Shown here piece by piece: positions 44,384-53,747 of a DNA stretch of 64,000 nt (its first letter is position 1; every line of letters starts with the position of its first letter). This DNA comes from Candidatus Cloacimonadota bacterium. Lineage in GTDB: Bacteria; Cloacimonadota; Cloacimonadia; G963667145. Both the position numbers and the translations under genes were made by a program. A model generated the notes under the pieces. The model had not been told where the DNA came from. It ran no database searches and saw nothing but the letters and a program-made list of their open reading frames with translations. The stretch spans positions 832,001-896,000 of the forward strand of contig OY781092.1 in the NCBI GenBank assembly GCA_963676615.1, written 5' to 3'.

Positions 44384-45898
44384 TCAGCGGAGCAAACTCA
44401 AACCGCTCATCTCTTTTGGCTGCTGGATTTCCATAAGTTCCAAAATCGTCGGCGCAATGTCGCCCAGCTTGCCGTCGGTCAATCTATCTTTGCCGCAACC
44501 AGCCAAAATCAGCTTTACAGGTGAGGTCGTGTGCGCTGTAAAAACTCTGCCCTGCTCATCCAGCATCTTCTCCGCATTGCCGTGATCCGCCGTAACCAGC
44601 ACCTTGTAGCCGTGCGAAAGCGCCGCTGGCACAACCTTGCTCGCCACCGCATCAACCGTTTCCACAGCCTTTTTGGTCGCCAAAAAATCGCCCGTGTGCC
44701 CAACCATATCGCAGTTCGCCAAATTGCAGATAATCAAATCGAACTTCTCGCTCTCCAGCTGTTGCACCAGTTTATCCTGCACCAAATAAGCGCTCATCTC
44801 GGGTTGCAAATCGTAGGACGCCACTTTCGGCGACGGAATCAAAATCCGCTCTTCGCCCGCAAACGGCTCCTCTTTCGTCCCGTTAAAGAAAAAAGTCACA
44901 TGGGCATACTTCTCCGTTTCGGCAATCCTCAGCTGCTTCAAACCAGCGTCCTGCACGACTTCGCCCAAAATATTTTTCAGCTCTGGCAACCGAAAAGCCA
45001 CCTTGCAATAATCTTCCAACTCCGCGCTGTAAGGCGAAATGCACACAAAGCAAAGCTTGTGTAGCTTTTTCCGCTGAAAATCGGCAAACTCTGGCATCAC
45101 AAAAGCGTCCGAAATCTGCCTTGCTCTATCCGCCCTAAAGTTAAAAAAGAAAAGCGAGTCGCCATCCGCAACGCCAGGGGCATCGCCAATCACGCTCGGC
45201 TCAACAAACTCGTCGGTCACATCTTTTGCGTAGCTGGCTTCGATCGCCTCCACCGCATCAGCAAACTTTGCGCCTTCACGCTCGACAAAACACCGATACG
45301 CTCGCTCAACTCTCTCCCAACGATTATCCCTATCCATCGCCCAGTAACGCCCACAAACGCTAGCCACCGTGCATAATCCCTTGCTATCTTGCAAAAACTG
45401 CTCGATGAAACCTTTGCCAGAATGCGGCAAAGTGTCGCGACCGTCGGTCAAAATATGATAAAAAATCTTCTGCGGCGACAAACCTCGCGACGCCGCTAAG
45501 TTCAGAAAAGCAAGTAAATGCTTTGGATTGGAATGCACTTTTCCGTCGGATAGCAGACCAAGGATGTGCAAATTTGTGCCGTTTTGCAAACAGTTGTCGA
45601 TTGCGGCGTTCAGCGCAGGATTTTTGGCGAACTCGCCACTTTGTATTGCCCTATCGATGAGCGTATTCAGTTGATAAACGATGCGCCCTGCGCCGATGTT
45701 CAGGTGTCCGACCTCCGAGTTGCCCATCGTCCCTTTTTCCAGACCGACAGCCTCTCCAGACGGCAAAATCGTCGCCGCTCCGTTCTCCTTTTCCAAACTG
45801 TCCAAAAAAGGAGTGTCGGCAGCCTCCACAGCGTTCCCTTTTCCTTTGGGAGCAACTCCCCAGCCGTCCAAAATCGTCAGCAAAACTTTTTCTTTCAT
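44384..45898 (-). CDS. gpmI: 2,3-bisphosphoglycerate-independent phosphoglycerate mutase
   Basis: ILDGWG, MGNSEVGH, DGRDT, AETEKYAHVTFF, DMVGH and TADHGNAE motifs. Confidence 0.97.
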   Translation of the reverse strand: MKEKVLLTILDGWGVAPKGKGNAVEAADTPFLDSLEKENGAATILPSGEAVGLEKGTMGNSEVGHLNIGAGRIVYQLNTLIDRAIQSGEFAKNPALNAAIDNCLQNGTNLHILGLLSDGKVHSNPKHLLAFLNLAASRGLSPQKIFYHILTDGRDTLPHSGKGFIEQFLQDSKGLCTVASVCGRYWAMDRDNRWERVERAYRCFVEREGAKFADAVEAIEASYAKDVTDEFVEPSVIGDAPGVADGDSLFFFNFRADRARQISDAFVMPEFADFQRKKLHKLCFVCISPYSAELEDYCKVAFRLPELKNILGEVVQDAGLKQLRIAETEKYAHVTFFFNGTKEEPFAGEERILIPSPKVASYDLQPEMSAYLVQDKLVQQLESEKFDLIICNLANCDMVGHTGDFLATKKAVETVDAVASKVVPAALSHGYKVLVTADHGNAEKMLDEQGRVFTAHTTSPVKLILAGCGKDRLTDGKLGDIAPTILELMEIQQPKEMSGLSLLR

Positions 45899-46040
45899 AC
45901 ATCACCTCTAATTTGGCAGATTTTATAAAAGTGGTGATTTGTCCAATATTTTTGCCAAAAAGTTTGCTTAACGCTGATTTTTTTTAGAGAAAGAAAATCG
46001 AGAACCGACTTTCCAGAAAAAAAATTGCGACAGCCGCTAT

Positions 46041-46748
46041 CTAGCGACCAAAAAGGTTTCTGATTTGTCGCTGCGAGAGAGGTTTCCACATTCCCAGCGG
46101 CAAACTGCCCAGTTGCAGACCGCCGATTTGCACCCGCACCAGTTTGCTCACCTCCAGCCCCACAGACGACACCATCCGCCGCACCTGCCGCTTGCGCCCC
46201 TCTTTTATGACAATCTTCAAACTGCTCTGACTTTGGCTGGCTTTATTGATGTAAACTTTTGCGGGCAAAGTCATCTTGCCGTCAATATTCACGCCGCTTC
46301 GGAGCTTTTGAGCATCCTCTTTGCTGAAATATCCGTCAACGCTCACCTTGTAAACTTTTTCCAGCTTGTAGCGAGGATGAATGACTTTGTTGGCAAAATC
46401 GCCATCGCTAGTCAGGAGCAAAAGCCCTTGCGAAAGGTAGTCGAGCCTGCCCACAGCGAAAAGATGCATCCCAAAATCGGGCAGCAAATCGTAAACCAGC
46501 TTTCTGCCAAAATCGTCTTTGTGCGACACCAAATAGCCAGGCGGCTTGTTAATCATCAAATAAATTTTGTCGTCGTTATACTCAACTGGCTTGCCGTCAA
46601 CCTCGACTGCGTCGTTTTTTGGGTCAACTCGCCAGCTAAACTCTCGGCAGACATCGCCGTTAATCTTGACTTTTCCATCAGAAATCAGCGACTCGACGCC
46701 TCTTCTGGAGCCAAGACCGCAAAACGCCAAAAACTTATTTATTCTCAA
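46041..46748 (-). CDS. RsuA/RluB-family rRNA pseudouridine synthase with S4 domain
   Basis: GLGSRR, NKPPG, VGRLD and EGRKRQVRRM motifs. Confidence 0.93.
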   Translation of the reverse strand: MRINKFLAFCGLGSRRGVESLISDGKVKINGDVCREFSWRVDPKNDAVEVDGKPVEYNDDKIYLMINKPPGYLVSHKDDFGRKLVYDLLPDFGMHLFAVGRLDYLSQGLLLLTSDGDFANKVIHPRYKLEKVYKVSVDGYFSKEDAQKLRSGVNIDGKMTLPAKVYINKASQSQSSLKIVIKEGRKRQVRRMVSSVGLEVSKLVRVQIGGLQLGSLPLGMWKPLSQRQIRNLFGR

Positions 46749-46757
46749 AACAAACCG

Positions 46758-47300
46758 TTACCACGACTCGAAAGTGGAGTTGTTAATCTCGTCAAACAGC
46801 TCCTCGAAAATCTTCGGCTTAATAATCAGCTCGTATTTGTCACGATTGTTGTCCTGCGCTTCCGAGATCGTCACATCCACATTTATGTCGGGATTGCTCG
46901 GATCGCCAATGGCGTAGGTGATGTTATAGGTTTTGTTCGTGGCAGAAAAGAGCGTTCGGTCTTTCACCAAATCGTAAAACTCCACATTGAAGCTCATCTT
47001 GATGTGATAGCTCTCCACAACATCGTCGGAGTCGTATTTGTCCACCTCGTCCACATAGGTCAAAATCTCGCCCTTGAGCACGCAATCGGCATCTTTGGTC
47101 TGCGTTTTGAGGTTACTGTTGGAGTTGAACTGCTTGGTCAGATAGTCCAGCAAATCCTCGTCCAGCCAGTCCTCGTCCGTCGAATTGACAAAAGTCTGCA
47201 CCGTTATCGTTTTTAGATACGAAAGCCCGTGTCCTCCAACGCTGTAGGCACAACCCAAAATCAGCATCGGCAAAAAAAGAGCCAAAAATCTTTTTAACAT
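46758..47300 (-). CDS. LptE-like lipoprotein
   Basis: Lipobox ILGC followed by AYS; F.N.T and AD.VLKGEI..Y pattern; terminal W. Confidence 0.65.
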   Translation of the reverse strand: MLKRFLALFLPMLILGCAYSVGGHGLSYLKTITVQTFVNSTDEDWLDEDLLDYLTKQFNSNSNLKTQTKDADCVLKGEILTYVDEVDKYDSDDVVESYHIKMSFNVEFYDLVKDRTLFSATNKTYNITYAIGDPSNPDINVDVTISEAQDNNRDKYELIIKPKIFEELFDEINNSTFESW

Positions 47301-47325
47301 CTCAATTTCCTTTTCCTAAAAAATT

Positions 47326-48474
47326 TCAAAAAAAATCTCTCACTTTATCCAAAAAAGTTCTTTTCGGCTTTAGCTCTCTTTTTTCGTCAAACTTGGCAAG
47401 TTTTTCATACAACTTTTTCTCTTCTTTACTCAATTTTTCGGGAATTGCCACCGAAATCTGCACGAACATATCGCCTTTGTAGCCACGATTTACCACAGGA
47501 AGCCCCTGCCCTTTCACTCGCAAAACTTTCCCCGATTCTGTGCCAGGAGCCACCTTCAGCTTTAGCTTGCTGCCATAAATCGACTCGATAATCACCTGTC
47601 CGCCAAGCACAGCCGTCGAGACGCTAATGGGATAATCGACATACAAATTTTCCGCATCGCGCGCAAAAATAGGATGCTCCTTCTCCTGAATCACGACGAT
47701 CAAATCGCCGTTTGTGCCGCCATTTTCTGCGGCGTTCCCCTGACCGTCTAGGCGCAAATATTGCCCCTCTTCTACTCCCGCTGGGATTTTCACCATCACC
47801 GTTTTTTGCTTATCGACTCTGCCGCTGCCATTGCAACTTTTGCACGGATTTTTGATAATCTGCCCTCTGCCGCCGCACGCAGGACACTCGACCACCGTCT
47901 GCATTCTGCCAAAAAAACCGTTTTGCACTTGGCGAACTTTGCCTGTGCCGCCACACTGCGAGCAGACCTCTTTTTTGCCGTCGGCAGAGCCAGTGCCGCC
48001 GCACTTTTGGCAAGCCTCTTTCACTTTCAGCTTTATCTTTTTTTGGCAACCTTCGGCAATCTCCAGCAAGCTCAAGCTAACTTTAATCTGCAAATCTTCG
48101 CCACGATTTGCCCTTCTGCCCGAGCGACGACTTCCTCCAAAAATGTTCCCGAAAAACGACGAAAAACCGTCAGACTCAAAAATATCCGAAAAATCTCCAC
48201 CGTGCGTAAAATCTGACCAGCGAAAACCGCCCTGATGCCCAAAAGCGCCGTCCATTCCTGCGTGACCAAACTGGTCGTAACGCGCCTTTTTGTTCTCGTC
48301 GGACAGCACCTCATACGCCTCCGAGGCTTCCTTAAACTTCTCCTCCGCCTCTTTGTCGCCCTGATTTTTGTCGGGATGAAACTTCATCGCTAGCTTCCGA
48401 TAAGCTTTCTTTATCTCCGCAGCGCTGGCACTTTTCTCCAGCCCCAGCACCTGATAATAATCTCTTTTTGACAT
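47326..48474 (-). CDS. dnaJ: Chaperone DnaJ
   Basis: J domain with HPD, G/F region and four CxxCxGxG repeats. Confidence 0.98.
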   Translation of the reverse strand: MSKRDYYQVLGLEKSASAAEIKKAYRKLAMKFHPDKNQGDKEAEEKFKEASEAYEVLSDENKKARYDQFGHAGMDGAFGHQGGFRWSDFTHGGDFSDIFESDGFSSFFGNIFGGSRRSGRRANRGEDLQIKVSLSLLEIAEGCQKKIKLKVKEACQKCGGTGSADGKKEVCSQCGGTGKVRQVQNGFFGRMQTVVECPACGGRGQIIKNPCKSCNGSGRVDKQKTVMVKIPAGVEEGQYLRLDGQGNAAENGGTNGDLIVVIQEKEHPIFARDAENLYVDYPISVSTAVLGGQVIIESIYGSKLKLKVAPGTESGKVLRVKGQGLPVVNRGYKGDMFVQISVAIPEKLSKEEKKLYEKLAKFDEKRELKPKRTFLDKVRDFF

Positions 48475-48664
48475 AATCTCTTTCTAAACTCCAATATCTT
48501 AAAAAAAACTTTTTAATTTCTATTTGTTTTGCCCACTTACCAAAAAAAATCAGCGAGCCAAACAGATAAAAACCAAATCTAATTTAGCAAGCAGAAAGGC
48601 AAAGAAAATCTTCACCTTTCGCTTACTAACAATTTCAATTTCTCTATGTAAAGAAAAAAAAGGG

Positions 48665-50611
48665 TTACTTCTTCTCGTCGTCGTCCACAACCTCAAAATC
48701 CGCATCAACTGGGCCATCGCTCTTTTGCTCAGATGCACCAGCGCCCGCTCCTTGAGCCTGTCCGCCAGCTTCAGCTCCGCCTCCAGCGGCTTGATTTTTC
48801 TGCATCTCTGCCTGCAAAATCTCGCCAATCTTTTGAGCCTTGCTCGCCAGCTCGTCCCTTGCGGCAATCACCTCTTCTTTTGTGGTAGCCTTATCTTTCT
48901 TCTCTTTGGCGTCCTTCACCGCGTCCTCGATTTTCTTCTTCTCGTCATCCGCCAACTTGTCGGCATACTCCTGCAAAGACTTTTCCGTCGAGAAAATCAA
49001 AGTATCCAGCTCGTTCTTGGCGTTAATCAGCTCCTTGCGCTTATCGTCCTCCGCCTTGTTCGCCTCTGCCTCTTTGACCATCTTCTCGATCTCCTCCTCA
49101 GACAAAGACCCCGGACGCTCAATCTTAATCGACTGCTCCTTGCCCGTGCCCTTATCTTTGGCAGTCACATGCAAAATTCCGTTAGCGTCAATATCAAAAG
49201 TCACCTCAATTTGCGGAACGCCCCTTGGCGCAGGCGGCAATCCAACAAGATCGAAATTCCCCAGAACTCTGTTATCCACAGCCATCGGGCGCTCGCCTTG
49301 CAACACCTTGATATTCACAGCCGGCTGATTGTCCGCAGCCGTCGAGAACACCTGCGACTTTTTCGTCGGAATCGTCGTGTTCCGCTCAATCAACGCAGTC
49401 ATCACACCGCCCATCGTCTCGATACCCAAAGTAAGCGGCGTCACATCCAGCAAAAGCACATCGTCCACGCTCTCGTCTCCGCTAAGGATGCCGCCTTGGA
49501 TGCCAGCGCCTGTCGCCACAACCTCGTCTGGATTTACCGACTTATTCGCTTTTTTGCCAAAATATTTTTCCACAGCCTCAACCACCGCTGGAATCCTTGT
49601 TGAGCCACCAACCAGCAGCACCTCGTCAACCTTATCAGCGCTCAAACCAGCGTCACTCATCGCTTTGCGACAAGGCTCGATGCTCTTGGCAATCAGATCC
49701 GCAACCATCGAATCGAACTCCGCTCTGCTCAAATTCAAATCAAGGTGCTTGGGACCAGTAGCATCCGCGGTAATAAACGGCAAGTTAATATTGGCGCTGG
49801 TCGTGCCAGAAAGCTCAATCTTCGCCTTTTCCGCAGCCTCTTTCAGCCGTTGCATAACAGTCGCATCGCCCGCCAAATCGATACCCTCTTGCTCCTTAAA
49901 CTTCTTCAAAATCCAACCGATAATCTTTTGGTCAAAATCGTCGCCACCCAAGTGCGTGTCGCCGTTGGTCGAAAGCACCTCAATCACGCCATCGGAAATA
50001 TCCAAAATCGAAATATCAAAAGTTCCGCCACCAAGGTCATAGACAGCCACCTTCTCCTCTTTTTGCGAGTTGAGCCCATACGCCAAAGCCGCCGCAGTCG
50101 GCTCGTTGATAATCCTCTTCACATCCAAACCAGCAATCTTGCCCGCATCTTTGGTCGCCTGGCGTTGCGCATCGTTAAAATACGCCGGCACAGTTATCAC
50201 TGCCTCGGTAACTTTCTGCCCCAAATACGCCTCCGCCGTCTCCTTCATTCTGCCCAAAATCATCGACGAAATCTCTTGCGGGGTAAAATCTTTGCTCTCC
50301 ACATCGATATGAAAAACCGCTTCGCTCTTGCCCTGCTTGACCTCATACGGCACAGTCTTAATCTCTTCCGAGAGCTCATTCAACTGCCGTCCGATAAACC
50401 TCTTCGCCGAAAAAATCGTGTTCTTGGGGTTCGTCACCGCCTGTCTTTTCGCCAAAAGTCCAACCAACCGTTGCTTATCTTTGGTAAAACCGACCACCGA
50501 AGGCGTGGTTCTGTTGCCCTCCGCATTCGTTATCACCACGGGCTTTCCGCCCTCCATCACACTCACGCACGAGTTCGTCGTGCCCAAATCTATACCTATT
50601 ATTTTTCCCAT
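48665..50611 (-). CDS. dnaK: Chaperone DnaK
   Basis: [17 protein letters not shown] and DLGGGTFD motifs; DADFE tail. Confidence 0.99.
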   Translation of the reverse strand: MGKIIGIDLGTTNSCVSVMEGGKPVVITNAEGNRTTPSVVGFTKDKQRLVGLLAKRQAVTNPKNTIFSAKRFIGRQLNELSEEIKTVPYEVKQGKSEAVFHIDVESKDFTPQEISSMILGRMKETAEAYLGQKVTEAVITVPAYFNDAQRQATKDAGKIAGLDVKRIINEPTAAALAYGLNSQKEEKVAVYDLGGGTFDISILDISDGVIEVLSTNGDTHLGGDDFDQKIIGWILKKFKEQEGIDLAGDATVMQRLKEAAEKAKIELSGTTSANINLPFITADATGPKHLDLNLSRAEFDSMVADLIAKSIEPCRKAMSDAGLSADKVDEVLLVGGSTRIPAVVEAVEKYFGKKANKSVNPDEVVATGAGIQGGILSGDESVDDVLLLDVTPLTLGIETMGGVMTALIERNTTIPTKKSQVFSTAADNQPAVNIKVLQGERPMAVDNRVLGNFDLVGLPPAPRGVPQIEVTFDIDANGILHVTAKDKGTGKEQSIKIERPGSLSEEEIEKMVKEAEANKAEDDKRKELINAKNELDTLIFSTEKSLQEYADKLADDEKKKIEDAVKDAKEKKDKATTKEEVIAARDELASKAQKIGEILQAEMQKNQAAGGGAEAGGQAQGAGAGASEQKSDGPVDADFEVVDDDEKK

Positions 50612-50640
50612 AATAATCTCCTTCTAAATTTTTATTTTTT

Positions 50641-51795
50641 TTAAAACGCTGCCTGCAAAATCTGCAAAACATCGTCCTGATTTAACTCGAAAAATCCGCC
50701 AATACTCTTTTGCGACAACATCGTCTTCTGTGCCATCGCCTGCAAATCCTCTTTCTTAATCCCCACTTGCGACAACCGATTTGGCATTCCCAGCGACACA
50801 AAAAACTCCTTCAGCATAAGCACAAACCGTTCGGCAATCTTATCGCCTTCCAGAGCGAACAACTGCGTTCCCAGCTCCTCAAATCTCCGCTTTGGTGCGC
50901 CCTTTGCCAGCACAAAATCCATCCAAGCAGGCAAAATAATCGCCAAACCCACACCGTGCGTGATGTCCGAAACAGCCGAAACGCCGTGCTCCATCTGATG
51001 ACTCGCCCAATCGCTTACTTTTCCCGCAGCAATCAGCCCGTTCAAAGCCATCGTGGACGCCCACATCAAATTCGCCCGTGCCTGATAATCTTGCGGCTTC
51101 AGCAGCGCCACAGGTGCATACTGCAAACAAGTTTTCAAAAGCCCAATCGAAAATTCGTCGCAAACCATCATATCATCCGTCGGCGAAAAATATTGCTCAA
51201 AAATGTGCGCCATAATATCCACAGATCCAGCCGCCGTGTGACGCGCGTTCACGCTATAAGTCTCCTCGGGATTCAAAATCGCAAAACTCGGAACCTGCAA
51301 AAGGCTATAAGTCGGGATTTTTTCCAAAGTCTCGTCGTTGGAAATCACCGCATTGGCGTTATTTTCCGTGCCCGTTGCCGCCAAAGTCATAATGCAGCCA
51401 AGAGGCACAGCCTGCGCGGGGTTGTCGCCGTTTTTCACCATCTGCCAGGCGTCGCCATCATAATAGACCGCCCGCGCGATGCACTTGCTGCAATCCACAA
51501 CACTGCCTCCACCGACTGCCAAAATAAAATCCAGCCCTTGCTCACGAACCATCTCAACGCCCTTGCGAACGCTACTCACTTTCGGATTTGGCGCAATATT
51601 CGAAAGCTCCGCAAAACTATTTGCTTCCGCCCGCAAAACCTTTACCACCTTATCATACAAGCCACTTTTTTTGATGCTGCCAGAGCCGTAGGTCAGCAAA
51701 ACTTTTTTTCCCTTTATCAAATTTGGCAAATTGTCCAAAGCCGTTTTGCCAAAAAATATCTGTGTCGGTAATTGAAAGTAAAAATCGTTCATCAC
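50641..51795 (-). CDS. Iron-containing alcohol dehydrogenase (BdhA/YqhD-like)
   Basis: YGSGSIK, AVGGGSVVD, TLAATGTE, H..EQY, DWASH.MEH and HG.GLA motifs. Confidence 0.92.
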   Translation of the reverse strand: MMNDFYFQLPTQIFFGKTALDNLPNLIKGKKVLLTYGSGSIKKSGLYDKVVKVLRAEANSFAELSNIAPNPKVSSVRKGVEMVREQGLDFILAVGGGSVVDCSKCIARAVYYDGDAWQMVKNGDNPAQAVPLGCIMTLAATGTENNANAVISNDETLEKIPTYSLLQVPSFAILNPEETYSVNARHTAAGSVDIMAHIFEQYFSPTDDMMVCDEFSIGLLKTCLQYAPVALLKPQDYQARANLMWASTMALNGLIAAGKVSDWASHQMEHGVSAVSDITHGVGLAIILPAWMDFVLAKGAPKRRFEELGTQLFALEGDKIAERFVLMLKEFFVSLGMPNRLSQVGIKKEDLQAMAQKTMLSQKSIGGFFELNQDDVLQILQAAF

Positions 51796-51802
51796 TCCTC
51801 CT

Positions 51803-52378
51803 TTATTGCGCCAAAGCCGCAGCCAGCTTCAGCAAATTCTCGCCCAAATTTTCCATATTCGCCATACCCTCTGCGTCGTTTTTGACCTCGCCGGGAGCGT
51901 TCCCCAGACCGAAATTCCAGTAGGTCGAGCCCGCAATATTCATCTGCTGGATAGCGAAAAAATGGTTGAGCGTGTCCACACTCGGCAGCATTCCGCCCCT
52001 TCTGGCAGCCACCACAGCCGCACCAACTTTGCCTTTGAGCAAAAATCCGTTCGCCCGACACACCAAAGCCGCTCTGTCCATAAAAGCTTTCATCTGCGCC
52101 GAAACATCCGCCACATAAACTGGCGAGCCCAGCACAATCGCGTCCGCATTTTTTAGCTTTTGCACCATTTCGTTCAAATAATCTTTGGCAATTACGCACT
52201 TCTCGTCCTTATTTTTCGCGCACTGACGGCATCCCAGACAAACACGCACGCTATCAAAAGGCAACTGAAAAATCTCCGTGTCGTGACCAGCGTCTTTCGC
52301 CGCCTGCAAAACTTTCTCCATCAAAATCGCCGTGTTTCCGTCCTTGTGCGGACTCCCATTAATCGCCAAAAATTTCAT
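51803..52378 (-). CDS. Iron-sulfur flavoprotein (Isf-like flavodoxin family), paralog B
   Basis: INGSPHKDGNT, CLGCRQC-x7-C and GSPVY motifs. Confidence 0.88.
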   Translation of the reverse strand: MKFLAINGSPHKDGNTAILMEKVLQAAKDAGHDTEIFQLPFDSVRVCLGCRQCAKNKDEKCVIAKDYLNEMVQKLKNADAIVLGSPVYVADVSAQMKAFMDRAALVCRANGFLLKGKVGAAVVAARRGGMLPSVDTLNHFFAIQQMNIAGSTYWNFGLGNAPGEVKNDAEGMANMENLGENLLKLAAALAQ

Positions 52379-52391
52379 AACCTCTCCCAAA

Positions 52392-52976
52392 CTACTTGCT
52401 GGTTTGCAAAGCCACAGCCAGCTTCAGCAAATTCTCGCCCAAATTTTCCATATTCGCCATACCCTCTGCGTCGTTTTTTACCTCGCCTGGAGCCATTCCA
52501 AGAGCAAAATTCCAGTAAGTCGAGCCAGGAACATTCACCTGTTGCATCAAAAAGAAGTGGTTCATCGCATCCACCGTCGGAAGCGCACCGCCTCTGCGAA
52601 CAGCCGCTACTGCCGCACCAACTTTGCCGTTGAGCAAACCACCATTGGCGATAGAAACCAAAGCCGCTCTATCCAAAAAAGCTTTCATCTGCGCCGAAAC
52701 ATCCGCCACATAAACTGGCGAACCCAGCACAATCGCATCCGCATTTTTTAGCTTTTGCACCATTTCGTTCAAATAATCTTTGCTAATTACACACTTTTCG
52801 TTTTTATTCATAAAACATTGCGAGCAGCCAACGCAAGCCTGCAAATCTTTACACGGCAACTGAAAAATCTCCGTGTCGTGACCAGCGTCTTTCGCCGCCT
52901 GCAAAACTTTCTCCAGCAAAATCGCCGTGTTGCCGTCCTTGTGCGGACTCCCATTAATCGCCAAAAATTTCATCAT
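52392..52976 (-). CDS. Iron-sulfur flavoprotein (Isf-like flavodoxin family), paralog A
   Basis: INGSPHKDGNT, CVGCSQC-x7-C and GSPVY motifs. Confidence 0.88.
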   Translation of the reverse strand: MMKFLAINGSPHKDGNTAILLEKVLQAAKDAGHDTEIFQLPCKDLQACVGCSQCFMNKNEKCVISKDYLNEMVQKLKNADAIVLGSPVYVADVSAQMKAFLDRAALVSIANGGLLNGKVGAAVAAVRRGGALPTVDAMNHFFLMQQVNVPGSTYWNFALGMAPGEVKNDAEGMANMENLGENLLKLAVALQTSK

Positions 52977-52991
52977 TACCTCCTGATTTCG

Positions 52992-53585
52992 TTACGCCTG
53001 CTCGCCGCTACTGACAGCAACTTGAGCAGGTCGCAAAATTTTATCGCCCTTTTTGTAACCGTTTTTTATCACAAAAGCCACGCAATCTTTTTCCACGCCT
53101 GGAGCCGGCACATGCGAGAGCGCCTCGTGCTGCTCGGGGTCAAACTCCTGCCCTTGCGACTCCACCTTCTCCACACCCTCTTTCTCCAAAACTCCCACCA
53201 GCTGATTATAAATCTGCTTCGTCCCCTTCATAAAATCCTCGAACTGATGCTTTTGCGCCCCCGAATCCAAAGCTCGCTCAAAATTGTCCAGCACATCGCA
53301 AACCTCCAAAATAATCTTCTCCGTGGCGAACTTTATCCACTGCTCGCGCTCCTTTATCGACCGTTTGCGAAAATTCTCGAACTCCGCCAAATTTCTCGCC
53401 AGTCGATCTTTCAAAAGCAAAACCTCTTGCTCAGCAGCCGCCAGCTTCTCTTTTGGAGACAGCTTCTTCTCCTTTTTCTTCTTCTCTTTTTTGGGCTCAG
53501 CTGCCGCCTCTACCGCCTGCTTTTCTTCCGCAACCACTTTTTCTTCTTCAACTTGGCTATATTTTTTTTCATCGCTTTTGCTCAT
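52992..53585 (-). CDS. grpE: Nucleotide exchange factor GrpE
   Basis: AEFENFRKR, VLDNFERAL, FDPEQHEA and GY...ILRPA.V.V motifs. ATG at 53585 follows GAGGA; the longer ORF start lies inside CIRCE. Confidence 0.96.
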   Translation of the reverse strand: MSKSDEKKYSQVEEEKVVAEEKQAVEAAAEPKKEKKKKEKKLSPKEKLAAAEQEVLLLKDRLARNLAEFENFRKRSIKEREQWIKFATEKIILEVCDVLDNFERALDSGAQKHQFEDFMKGTKQIYNQLVGVLEKEGVEKVESQGQEFDPEQHEALSHVPAPGVEKDCVAFVIKNGYKKGDKILRPAQVAVSSGEQA

Positions 53586-53619
53586 TTTTTCCTCAAACTC
53601 CTTACAAGAAACAACTTCT

Positions 53620-53646
53620 TTAGCAATCTCAAACACCGAGTGCTAA
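53620..53646 (-). promoter_or_regulatory. CIRCE operator (HrcA binding site)
   Basis: TTAGCACTC-GGTGTTTGA-GATTGCTAA on the minus strand, one mismatch to TTAGCACTC-N9-GAGTGCTAA; TTGACA at 53682-53677 just upstream. Confidence 0.92.
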
Positions 53647-53700
53647 TTTTCGCCAAAATCTTCTCCGCACAATAATTGTCAATCTATTTCTTTGATTGCC

Positions 53701-53733
53701 AAAAAAAAAGCTTCTCGAAATGAGAAGCTTTTT
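53701..53733 (-). terminator. Intrinsic terminator after PFOR (possibly bidirectional)
   Basis: AAAAAGCTTCTC-GAAAT-GAGAAGCTTTTT with A/T tracts on both sides. Confidence 0.8.
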
Positions 53734-53747
53734 GATTAAATGCTAAA

